Below, in pieces: positions 37,187 through 45,125 of a DNA stretch of 45,125 nt. Numbering within the stretch: position 1 is the stretch's first letter; every line of letters begins with the position of its first letter. The DNA is taken from the IMG/VR virus record IMGVR_UViG_2703718832_000003; one strand, written 5' to 3'. Under the pieces are notes generated by a model. It was not told the DNA's origin. It did not search any database and saw only the letters and a list, made by a program, of their open reading frames with translations. The stretch is from a virus. Lineage: Duplodnaviria; Heunggongvirae; Uroviricota; Caudoviricetes. Made by a program: the position numbers and the translations under genes.

Positions 37187-40100
37187 ATGGCTACTTCCAC
37201 TCCGATTAGAGGCCGCAAGGGCGGCAGTTCCAGTTCCCGTACCCCTACAGAACAGCCAGACGATCTCCAGTCCGTAGCGAAGGCCAAGATTCTTGTTGCG
37301 CTGGGAGAAGGGGAATTTGCGGGGCAGTTAACGGCTAAAGATATCTATCTTGACGGCACGCCACTGGAGAATGCAGACGGATCGCAAAACTTCAGCGGCG
37401 TGGCATGGGAGTTCCGCCCGGGGACTCAGGCTCAAAAGTATATTCAGGGCATCCCCGGTACCGAGAATGAAATCAGCGTAGGTACCGAAGTTTCAAGCGC
37501 TACGGCCTGGACGCATACCTTTACCAACACCCAGCTGTCAGCCATTCGTCTGCGCCTCAAATGGCCATCACTGTTTAAACAGGAGGACGACGGCGATCTG
37601 GTCGGCTATTCGATTAATTACGCTATCGATCTGCAGACAGATGGCGGTACCTGGCAGACCGTGCTTAATACCAGCGTCACCGGGAAAACCACGTCAGGCT
37701 ACGAACGCAGCCACCGTATCGACTTACCGCAGGCGGGAAGCACCTGGACGGTACGTCTTCGTAAGCTCACCGCAGATGCGAACAGTGCGAAAATTGGCGA
37801 CACGATGACGCTGCAGAGCTACACGGAGGTAATCGATGCCAAACTGCGCTATCCAAACACCGCGCTGCTGTACATTGAATTCGATTCAAGCCAGTTTAAC
37901 GGCTCCATCCCGCAAATTTCCTGTGAACCGCGCGGGCGCGTTATCCGCGTGCCGGATACTTACGATCCGGAAACCCGGACCTATAGCGGTACCTGGACGG
38001 GGGCGTTTAAGTGGGCATGGACGGACAATCCGGCGTGGATTTTTTACGATCTGGTGGTGAGCGACCGTTTTGGACTTGGCGACCGCCTGACGGCGGCAAA
38101 TATTGATAAATGGACGCTTTACCAGGTCGCACAATATTGCGATCAGCTGGTTCCTGATGGTAAAGGCGGTAGCGGCACCGAGCCTCGCTATACCTGTAAC
38201 GTGTACGTGCAGGAGAGGAATGACGCCTATACCGTGTTACGTGATTTTGCGGCGATATTCCGTGGCATGACGTACTGGGGCGGCAATCAAATCGTTGCAC
38301 TGGCAGATATGCCCCGCGATGTTGATTACAGCTACACCCGCGCTAACGTGGTTGACGGCCGCTTTACCTATTCTGGCAGCACCACTAAAAACCGCTATAC
38401 CACCGCGCTGGTTTCCTGGTCAGATCCGGGTAATGCCTACGCAGATGCGATGGAGCCGGTTTTTGAACAGGAGCTCGTCGCTCGCTTTGGCACAAACCAG
38501 CTCGAGATGACAGCCATTGGCTGTACCCGGCAGTCTGAGGCAAACCGTAAGGGGCGCTGGGGGATTCAGACCAATAACAAGGATCGCATCGTATCGTTTG
38601 ATGTTGGTCTGGACGGCAACATTCCACAGCCTGGTTATATTATCGCGGTTGCCGATGAGCTGTTATCCGGAAAGGTGATGGGAGGGCGTATCAGCGCGGT
38701 TAATGGTCGCGTTATCACGCTTGATCGTGATTCCGCTGCCGTTGCCGGAAGCCGTCTTATGGTTAACCTGCCGTCTGGCGCATCGCAGAGCAGGACGATT
38801 CAGAGCGTAAACGGCCGGGCTGTCACCGTGACCACGGCATACAGCGAAACACCGGCAGTCGAATCGGTATGGATTGTCGAATCCGACGAGCTTTATGCAC
38901 AGCAATATCGTGTTATCAGCGTCTCTGATAATAACGACGGCACGTTTTCTATTACTGGTGCTTTTCACGATCCGGATAAGTATGCCCGTATCGATACCGG
39001 CGCCATCGTCGACCAGCGGCCAATAAGTGTAATTCCGCCCGGTAATCAGTCCCCGCCAGCTAATATCGCGATCAGTTCGTTTTCTGTCGTTCAGCAGAAT
39101 ATCAGCGTTGAGACCATGCGCGTCAGCTGGGACCAGGCGAAAAATGCTATCGCGTATGAGGCACAGTGGCGTCGCAATGACGGGAACTGGGTGAATGTGC
39201 CGCGCAGCTCCACCACGTCATTCGATGTTCCGGGGATTTATGCAGGACGCTACCTGGTTCGCGTGCGTGCCATCAATGCCGCCGAAATTTCATCTGGGTG
39301 GGGCTATTCAGAAGAGAAAACGTTGACGGGTAAAGTGGGAAACCCACCGAAGCCGGTTGGCTTCATCGCTTCTGAAAACGTGGTATTCGGTATTGAGCTG
39401 AACTGGGGATTCCCGGCGAATACCGAAGACACGCTGAAGACGGAAATTCAGTACAGCCTGACCGGTACTGAAGACGATGCCATGCTGCTGGCCGATGTGC
39501 CTTACCCGCAGCGCAAATATCAGCAGATGGGCCTTAAGGCTGGGCAGATTTTCTGGTACCGCGCGCAGCTGGTGGACCGCAGCGGCAACGAATCAGGGTA
39601 CACAGAATGGGTGCGAGGACAGGCCAGCATCGATGTTTCCGATATCACAGATGTGATTCTGGAGGAAATTAAAGACTCCGATACGTTCAAAGACCTGATC
39701 GAGAACGCGGTGGACAGCAACGAAAAAATTGCTGGCATGGCTAACGATATCAAACAGGCCAACGACGAACTGGAGCAGCAAGCGAAAGATATCGCCAAAA
39801 ATGCCCAGGACGTCGGGAAGGTTCAGACCAGCGTTAATGAGCTTTCCAGCACGGTCGGGAATGTTTCGTCTTCACTCAGTCAGCTTGAGCAGACCGTTGC
39901 GACGGCTGATACCGCCCTGGGCCAGCGAATCGACAACATCAGCGTTTCTATGGACGGCATGACGGGCGGGGTGAAGAACTCTGCAATTGCGATTATTCAG
40001 AATGGGCTGGCGCAGGTGGTAAGCCGTCGCTCGCAGACCGCCACGAACGGCGGGAACAGCGCCAGTATAGACAGAGTGGATACTACAATTGCCGATGCCA

Positions 40101-40735
40101 GCCAGGCGGTCGCGCGCGCGCTGGTCACGCTGGATGCAGAAGCTGGTGGCAATATCTCTAACTCAACGGACCTGACAGAAACTCTTGCTGATTTCACACA
40201 GGCATCGGCGACAAAAATTAACACCCTGACTGTTAAATCTGGCGAAAACAGCGCCGCGATAAACGTCAACGCACAGGCTATCGCAGATGTAAACGGTAAC
40301 CTCAGTGCCATGTACAACATCAAGGTGGGCGTAACCAGTAACGGGCAGTATTACGCTGCCGGGATGGGGATTGGGGTTCAGAATACACCCTCCGGCATGC
40401 AGTCACAGGTAATATTCCTGGCCGACCGATTTGCTGTTACCACTGCTGCCGGAAACAGCGTGGCGTTACCATTTGTGATCCAGAATGGTCAGACGTTCAT
40501 CAGGGCCAGCTTCATTCAGGACGGTACCATTGAGAACGCCAAAATCGGTAACTATATCCAGTCGAATAACTATGTGGCTGGCTCTGCAGGCTGGAAACTT
40601 GATAAGGGGGGCACCTGGGAAAACTACGGCAGCGACGGTCAGGGAGCAAGAAAATCCACCAATGTCACTGACAGTATCAGGGATTCAAATGGCGTGCTCC
40701 GCGTGCAAATCGGCAAACTTACAGGGGTGTTTTGA
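37187..40735 (+). CDS. J: Host specificity protein J (central tail fiber / tip attachment protein)
   Basis: 1182-aa ORF in the canonical position, lambda J-like N-terminal two-thirds. Confidence 0.9.
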   Translation: MATSTPIRGRKGGSSSSRTPTEQPDDLQSVAKAKILVALGEGEFAGQLTAKDIYLDGTPLENADGSQNFSGVAWEFRPGTQAQKYIQGIPGTENEISVGTEVSSATAWTHTFTNTQLSAIRLRLKWPSLFKQEDDGDLVGYSINYAIDLQTDGGTWQTVLNTSVTGKTTSGYERSHRIDLPQAGSTWTVRLRKLTADANSAKIGDTMTLQSYTEVIDAKLRYPNTALLYIEFDSSQFNGSIPQISCEPRGRVIRVPDTYDPETRTYSGTWTGAFKWAWTDNPAWIFYDLVVSDRFGLGDRLTAANIDKWTLYQVAQYCDQLVPDGKGGSGTEPRYTCNVYVQERNDAYTVLRDFAAIFRGMTYWGGNQIVALADMPRDVDYSYTRANVVDGRFTYSGSTTKNRYTTALVSWSDPGNAYADAMEPVFEQELVARFGTNQLEMTAIGCTRQSEANRKGRWGIQTNNKDRIVSFDVGLDGNIPQPGYIIAVADELLSGKVMGGRISAVNGRVITLDRDSAAVAGSRLMVNLPSGASQSRTIQSVNGRAVTVTTAYSETPAVESVWIVESDELYAQQYRVISVSDNNDGTFSITGAFHDPDKYARIDTGAIVDQRPISVIPPGNQSPPANIAISSFSVVQQNISVETMRVSWDQAKNAIAYEAQWRRNDGNWVNVPRSSTTSFDVPGIYAGRYLVRVRAINAAEISSGWGYSEEKTLTGKVGNPPKPVGFIASENVVFGIELNWGFPANTEDTLKTEIQYSLTGTEDDAMLLADVPYPQRKYQQMGLKAGQIFWYRAQLVDRSGNESGYTEWVRGQASIDVSDITDVILEEIKDSDTFKDLIENAVDSNEKIAGMANDIKQANDELEQQAKDIAKNAQDVGKVQTSVNELSSTVGNVSSSLSQLEQTVATADTALGQRIDNISVSMDGMTGGVKNSAIAIIQNGLAQVVSRRSQTATNGGNSASIDRVDTTIADASQAVARALVTLDAEAGGNISNSTDLTETLADFTQASATKINTLTVKSGENSAAINVNAQAIADVNGNLSAMYNIKVGVTSNGQYYAAGMGIGVQNTPSGMQSQVIFLADRFAVTTAAGNSVALPFVIQNGQTFIRASFIQDGTIENAKIGNYIQSNNYVAGSAGWKLDKGGTWENYGSDGQGARKSTNVTDSIRDSNGVLRVQIGKLTGVF

Positions 40736-41037
40736 TGTCATGGGGTATACAAACATGGGATGCGTCGGGTAAACCCAACAACTACGGTATCAAGCCAGTT
40801 TCAGTTGTTGGGCGTATACAGCTGGCTGCCGGACAAAACTCCGGCAGTTGGTCTTTCGCGATGCCCTCAGGAATGAAGGTCGGCTTTGTGCTCTCACTTG
40901 ATGAAGGTGGAAACAGCGTAGGGAGGCGCATTGTCGCGTCAGGGAACACAATAACCGTAACCGCTGCCTCTTCTGTAGGCCTAGGTAATTACCCGGCCTC
41001 TAAGTGTGAGGTGATCGTTTTCATGGAGAAAGTATAG
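40732..41037 (+). CDS. Hypothetical protein downstream of J (contains WDASGK motif)
   Basis: 101-aa ORF, stop/start overlap with J and with the next gene; motif IQTWDASGKP. Confidence 0.4.
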   Translation: MMSWGIQTWDASGKPNNYGIKPVSVVGRIQLAAGQNSGSWSFAMPSGMKVGFVLSLDEGGNSVGRRIVASGNTITVTAASSVGLGNYPASKCEVIVFMEKV

Positions 41038-41711
41038 TGTCTGACTTTGGCGCAATGATATTAATGGAGAACGGCAATCCCTTTGTTACACCACAATCAA
41101 CGCCTTTCTGCCTCTACGGAAAATACTCCTTCAATTCCTCAGCTAATGGCAGCTCTCAGCAGGTGGCGCAATATCTTTCGGTTCCTGACGATTATCCGGC
41201 AATGGTCTTCATAAAAACGACTAATACTGCGCAGCCGACCCCGGTCATTTCATATCGGATTGGAGGAAATGTCTATATTAGTGGCGTAAATCCCTATAAC
41301 CAGGGCTTTACGCTGACAGCATATGTATTTGCAATTTTTCCGCAAACACTTCCCGCGTGGGGATTTGCTATCTGGGATGCCTCCGGGAAGCTTGTTCTGA
41401 CGAACGAATCAAGGGTGCTTTCTGATCTGCAAACAGTGGGCACGCCAGGTGCAAGCGGCGGGATTAATATTGACCAGACGCTGAGCGGGTCATGGGCTGT
41501 TGCGCCTGCTCAGTTGGGTCAGACCATCATTGTGAATAATTCAACCAAGCCTCCGACTATCTACACGATAAATGCTTATTCTTCATGCAGGTTTGACGGG
41601 GCCAATACGAGGATAAACGCAGGGGGGACCTCCACTGGGGCAGGTTCACCTGGAGGGGGAACGAATACTGGCATTTCATTAACCGCCATAAATACAGCGG
41701 CCTATGATTGA
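41037..41711 (+). CDS. Hypothetical protein (contains WDASGK motif)
   Basis: 224-aa ORF; motif FAIWDASGKLVLTNE echoes the upstream gene; Gly/Thr-rich C-terminus. Confidence 0.4.
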   Translation: MSDFGAMILMENGNPFVTPQSTPFCLYGKYSFNSSANGSSQQVAQYLSVPDDYPAMVFIKTTNTAQPTPVISYRIGGNVYISGVNPYNQGFTLTAYVFAIFPQTLPAWGFAIWDASGKLVLTNESRVLSDLQTVGTPGASGGINIDQTLSGSWAVAPAQLGQTIIVNNSTKPPTIYTINAYSSCRFDGANTRINAGGTSTGAGSPGGGTNTGISLTAINTAAYD

Positions 41712-41822
41712 TTGATCGTTTTTAGCGATCAATAACATAATATTGATCTATCCAATCAATTATACCCACCAGAATTGTATTGGTATCGTCTAAGATACTG
41801 AATTCCTCTGGATACTATCAAA

Positions 41823-42056
41823 ATGAGAAAACTGATTATCTGCATGGCAGGCGCTGTCATGCTTACAGGATGCGCTGGCGTAATTGAGAAACAGGAACCA
41901 GTTTGCAGCGGCACTGCAATCGTTGGCGGTCAGGAAACTACGGTTCAGATTTACGGTGTGCGTAAACAAAACAACCAGACGCAGTACCGGGCTGGATATC
42001 CTTTCAGCTGGCGCTGGGTAAGTGCGAATACATTTACCGAAACAACCTGCAAATAA
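41823..42056 (+). CDS. Small lipoprotein, Cor-like superinfection-exclusion candidate
   Basis: 77-aa ORF with signal peptide and lipobox (MRKLIICMAGAVMLTGCAG); sits between J and the side tail fiber, the position of cor in related phages; followed by a terminator. Confidence 0.45.
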   Translation: MRKLIICMAGAVMLTGCAGVIEKQEPVCSGTAIVGGQETTVQIYGVRKQNNQTQYRAGYPFSWRWVSANTFTETTCK

Positions 42057-42077
42057 CCCACTACGCTTAAACATAAA

Positions 42078-42100
42078 CCTCGCTCCGGCGGGGTTTTTTT
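42078..42100 (+). terminator. Intrinsic terminator after the Cor-like gene
   Basis: CCTCGC-TCCG-GCGGGG stem-loop (one G-U pair) followed by seven T. Confidence 0.6.
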
Positions 42101-42116
42101 ATTGCCTGGAGAAAAT

Positions 42117-43685
42117 ATGCTTTATAACACCGGCACCATCGCCATTAATGGAAATACCGCCACCGGGACGGGTACAAACTGGACGGAACCGGCCAGCCAG
42201 GTCCGCGCTGGCCAGACGATTATCGTGATGTCTAACCCGGTGCAGCTGTTTCATATTTCATCCGTGAACAGCGCCACGTCAATGACGGTTACGCCTGCCG
42301 CTTCCCCGGCGCTGAGCCGCCAGAAATACGCCATTCTGGTGTCAGACATTATCTCCGTGGACGGACTGGCCCAGGCAATGTCGCAGCTCATCAAAGAGTA
42401 TGACGAGAACATTGGCGCGTGGGAGACGTTCGCCACTACCTCAGCAAACCAGACCATCACCGTTACCATCAACGGAACCTCCGTTAATATTCCAAGTATT
42501 GGCGCGCTTGCCAGAAAGGGGTCCAACAGCGATATCACCGAGCTGAAAGGGCTCACTACTGCGCTGTCTATTGCACAGGGCGGGACTGGGGCAAAGACCG
42601 AAGCTGACGCTCGCGCAAACCTCGGTTTAGGATACGGCACCAAAGCGGGCACTGTAGCCCAGGGAAATGATGAAAGGCTGAACACCGTCAATGGTAAATC
42701 AGGAGGAAATGTTACCGGCAGTTTGATGGTAACTCAGGGTAGCAGCATTGGCGTATCTACTCAGGAAGGTGGTGATAAGACTGTAAAGCTATACAACATT
42801 ACAGGGGATGGGACTGTCGGAGGTTATGTAAACGCCGTGGGAGGTGCCTGGTATAACGGGAACTGGTCTCTTGGCGGCGTTCGGGGGAGTGGGACTAATT
42901 TAGACAGAGCGCAGTTAAATGTTAATAGCGGAACTGGTACCGCGGGTTCATTTTTATTTTACCACGATGAGAGATTCAAATCATCTTCGTGTGGAGCTGA
43001 TGGGGCTGGTTATGGTGGCTCATGGTTAGACATTAACACATGGCAAAGAAATATCTCTTTTTTCCGAGGTAACGTATCAGTTAATAATGATGCAGGGTTT
43101 ATTCCCTTTGCCCGTTGGCATAGTCAATGCAGTGGTGGATATTCTTCAACAGTAGGGCTTGGTTCTATAGCTACCGGGCCTAGTTCGTGGGCGGATGTAG
43201 CAATAATAACGCTCGGGGATGGTGGTTCTTCCGGGAAACGTTTATTTCAATTCACGACAGCAAACGGTGATATATACGCTAACGCTGGTGGAAATATTTC
43301 CGGTAACTATATTTTCCAGAAGCAGCCTAACTGTGACATTACGCTGAAGCACGATATTAAATATGATGATGGTTATCAGTCATACGAGAATATCAAAAAA
43401 TTTCTGCCAGCAACTTACGTCTACAATGATGACCCTCGTGAGAGAGTTCGCCGAGGCGTAATTGCTCAGGACGCGATGAAGATTGACAGTGAGTACGTCA
43501 AACTGGTACCTGCATCACCGGCGTTCGACAGTGAAGGCAACAGGATTGATGCTGATGATACGTTGGCGCTTGATACGAACGTCATTATGCTTGATACCGT
43601 GCTGGCCCTGAATTACGTCATCAAGAAGCTGGAGGCTACACAGAACGAGCTGGAGGAGATTAAGCAAAAAATAGCGGCATCATGA
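42117..43685 (+). CDS. Side tail fiber protein with invertible C-terminal part and S74-like intramolecular chaperone
   Basis: ATG at 42117 (track ORF begins at TTG 42102); N-terminus MLYNTGTIAINGNTATGTGTNWT...; C-terminus ...DAMKIDSEYVKLV...LALNYVIKKLEA...; a crossover site lies inside the gene. Confidence 0.75.
   Translation: MLYNTGTIAINGNTATGTGTNWTEPASQVRAGQTIIVMSNPVQLFHISSVNSATSMTVTPAASPALSRQKYAILVSDIISVDGLAQAMSQLIKEYDENIGAWETFATTSANQTITVTINGTSVNIPSIGALARKGSNSDITELKGLTTALSIAQGGTGAKTEADARANLGLGYGTKAGTVAQGNDERLNTVNGKSGGNVTGSLMVTQGSSIGVSTQEGGDKTVKLYNITGDGTVGGYVNAVGGAWYNGNWSLGGVRGSGTNLDRAQLNVNSGTGTAGSFLFYHDERFKSSSCGADGAGYGGSWLDINTWQRNISFFRGNVSVNNDAGFIPFARWHSQCSGGYSSTVGLGSIATGPSSWADVAIITLGDGGSSGKRLFQFTTANGDIYANAGGNISGNYIFQKQPNCDITLKHDIKYDDGYQSYENIKKFLPATYVYNDDPRERVRRGVIAQDAMKIDSEYVKLVPASPAFDSEGNRIDADDTLALDTNVIMLDTVLALNYVIKKLEATQNELEEIKQKIAAS
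42610..42635. promoter_or_regulatory. Left inversion crossover site (gix/hix-like), inside the tail fiber gene
   Basis: CTCGCGCAAACC-TC-GGTTTAGGATAC; the AAACC-NN-GGTTT core and GTATCC half-site match the Gin/Hin-family site pattern; core dinucleotide TC at 42622-42623. Confidence 0.5.
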
Positions 43686-44498
43686 ATCCTGAGCATTCAA
43701 CTGCAGCCCGTTCCGGAAAATTACGGGCTGCAAATTATTCAGCTTCCTTGTTCCAGTTTTTCAACCTTACTCGTCAAATTATCGACCCTAACCATTAGGG
43801 CCAGAATTGCCTCATGGTGCAAAGCTGCAGCAACCCCGTAAGTATCGACAGTTTTCACATCAGGAATAATAGTTCCGTCCTCCAGAGTAATATCATAGCC
43901 ACCTTTAACAGCTTCGGGAAATACTTGCTCAACGTCCTGTGCAATAAAGCCGTAACCAGTGGTTTCATTGTCTATACGCTCCCAAAAGCAGCCTTTAATG
44001 GCTTTCATCTTTGTGAGAGGATCGGATATGCGCGCGATGTCTTTTTTTATACGCGCATCTGAGAGTGATACCCATTGACCACCAGTGCCACGACCATCTG
44101 GGTAAAACATAAATGATGCTGCTGCCCCTCCAGATTCTGCCACCACATTTAACTGAACACGATCAAGTGGGGTAGAGCCGCTACGTATTGCACCAAACGC
44201 CCATGAACCGCTATACCACTTACCAATTATCTGATTAACATAATTCCCCTGAGATGGATCAGTGGTCGTATTATTCATCTCAATGGAGTTATCACCGCCA
44301 CTTCCCTTTCTGACCCCTAAACCACCACCGGCATTTGTATGCCAGTCAGTTGCTCCGCCGCCAACACCGTTGATTGTCACAGCAGATGAAATCGTTCCTC
44401 CTGATTTTCCGTTCACCGTACCCATGCGTGAATCATCCCCGGCCGCCACCGTTCCCGCCGCCGTTCCAACGTTCCTGGTGGCGCTGTTTCCCAAACCG
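42623..44498. mobile_element. Invertible tail fiber segment (G/C-segment-like host-range switch), about 1.9 kb
   Basis: Bounded by inverted gix-like sites with identical TC core when the right site is reverse-complemented; contains the 3' part of the plus-strand fiber gene and a startless inverted alternative; invertase gene immediately adjacent. Confidence 0.5.
43739..44494 (-). CDS. Alternative tail fiber C-terminal segment (no own start codon; expressed only after inversion)
   Basis: Open frame continues upstream to a stop at 44504-44506 with no ATG; first codons NVGLGN run through the right crossover site in the same frame relation as the left site; homologous to the plus-strand fiber (TVNGKSGG) and ends in a chaperone-like segment. 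Confidence 0.6.
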   Translation of the reverse strand: MGNSATRNVGTAAGTVAAGDDSRMGTVNGKSGGTISSAVTINGVGGGATDWHTNAGGGLGVRKGSGGDNSIEMNNTTTDPSQGNYVNQIIGKWYSGSWAFGAIRSGSTPLDRVQLNVVAESGGAAASFMFYPDGRGTGGQWVSLSDARIKKDIARISDPLTKMKAIKGCFWERIDNETTGYGFIAQDVEQVFPEAVKGGYDITLEDGTIIPDVKTVDTYGVAAALHHEAILALMVRVDNLTSKVEKLEQGS

Positions 44499-44511
44499 AC
44501 GTTTTATAGAT
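44486..44511. promoter_or_regulatory. Right inversion crossover site (gix/hix-like)
   Basis: Top strand GTTTCCCAAACC-GA-CGTTTTATAGAT; reverse complement ATCTATAAAACG-TC-GGTTTGGGAAAC matches the left site in inverted orientation. Confidence 0.5.
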
Positions 44512-44576
44512 TGCTCTCGAGCGGCCTGGCCGATAACTTCACCTGATTTTTTTGCAGAAATAACTGGGTGAAAAAT

Positions 44577-45125
44577 ATGCAAATTGGCTATGTCAGAGTG
44601 TCAACAAATGACCAAAATACAGATCTCCAGCGCCAAGCTCTCGAACGCGCAGGATGTGAACAGGTTTTTGAAGAAAAAATGAGCGGGACGGTAGCGAACC
44701 GGCCAGCGCTCAAAAAGCTTCTGCGGACTCTGAATGCGGGCGATACACTGGTGGTGTGGAAGCTGGACAGGATAGGCCGCAACGTTCTGCATGCGCTGTT
44801 GATGTTCCAGCAGTTACAGGAAAAGGGTATCAACTTCCGCAGTATTACCGATGGCGTGGATCTCAAAACAGCCAGCGGCCGCTATAACTTTCGTAACATC
44901 CTTTCCGCAGCACAATATGAATCTGATCTTAATAGCGAACGTACCTTAGCAGGGCTGGCCGTAGCCAGGGCAAAATGGCGAGTTGGTGGTCGCAGGCCTA
45001 AGTTCACGGATGAGCAATGGCGGGAAATGGGGGAGCGGATGGCAACCGGTGAATCACGACAAAGCGTATCAAAAACGTATGGAGTAGGGCTCTCAACTCT
45101 GTATAAAAAGTTTCCAGCTAGCTGA
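44577..45125 (+). CDS. Serine recombinase, DNA invertase of the Gin/Hin/Pin/Cin family
   Basis: ATG at 44577 in frame with track ORF 44568-45125; MQIGYVRVSTNDQNTDLQ... with catalytic Ser in the conserved VRVST motif; adjacent to the invertible fiber segment. Confidence 0.85.
   Translation: MQIGYVRVSTNDQNTDLQRQALERAGCEQVFEEKMSGTVANRPALKKLLRTLNAGDTLVVWKLDRIGRNVLHALLMFQQLQEKGINFRSITDGVDLKTASGRYNFRNILSAAQYESDLNSERTLAGLAVARAKWRVGGRRPKFTDEQWREMGERMATGESRQSVSKTYGVGLSTLYKKFPAS

Noticed and set aside
44262-44571. Plus-strand Pro-rich ORFs (94 and 65 aa) just upstream of the invertase
   Set aside because: Antisense to the inverted fiber segment, whose homology to the plus-strand fiber supports the minus strand as the coding one.

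Overview
This window is a nearly complete lambda-like (lambdoid, cos-type) prophage of an enterobacterial host, read directly from the six-frame translations and DNA motifs; no database search was run. Left to right: a P4-type integrase with a convergent AlpA-type excisionase; a leftward early operon (RecT/RecE-like recombination genes and small Cys-rich proteins); the immunity region (OL-like operators, terminator, a secreted protein in the rex position co-transcribed with the CI repressor, OR operators, Cro); a replication module (O-like initiator with embedded iteron origin, DnaB-type helicase); a variable block of hypothetical genes interrupted by a 211-nt N-run; NinB/NinE/RusA/Q; PR'-tR'; a lysis cassette (holin, SAR endolysin, Rz with embedded Rz1); a small moron cluster; cos; and a head and tail module whose proteins are collinear with and near-identical to lambda Nu1-A-W-B-C-D-E-FI-FII-Z-U-V-G/T-H-M-L-K-I-J. 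After J come two unknown genes, a small Cor-like lipoprotein, a tail fiber with a Gin/Hin-type invertible C-terminal segment, and the serine invertase. The most interesting candidates for undescribed biology are the lysogen-expressed secreted protein in the rex slot (8076-8765), the moron cluster between Rz and cos (20344-21604) with its own palindromic operator-like sites, and the uncharacterised accessory block between the helicase and NinB. No rRNA, tRNA or CRISPR array was found.
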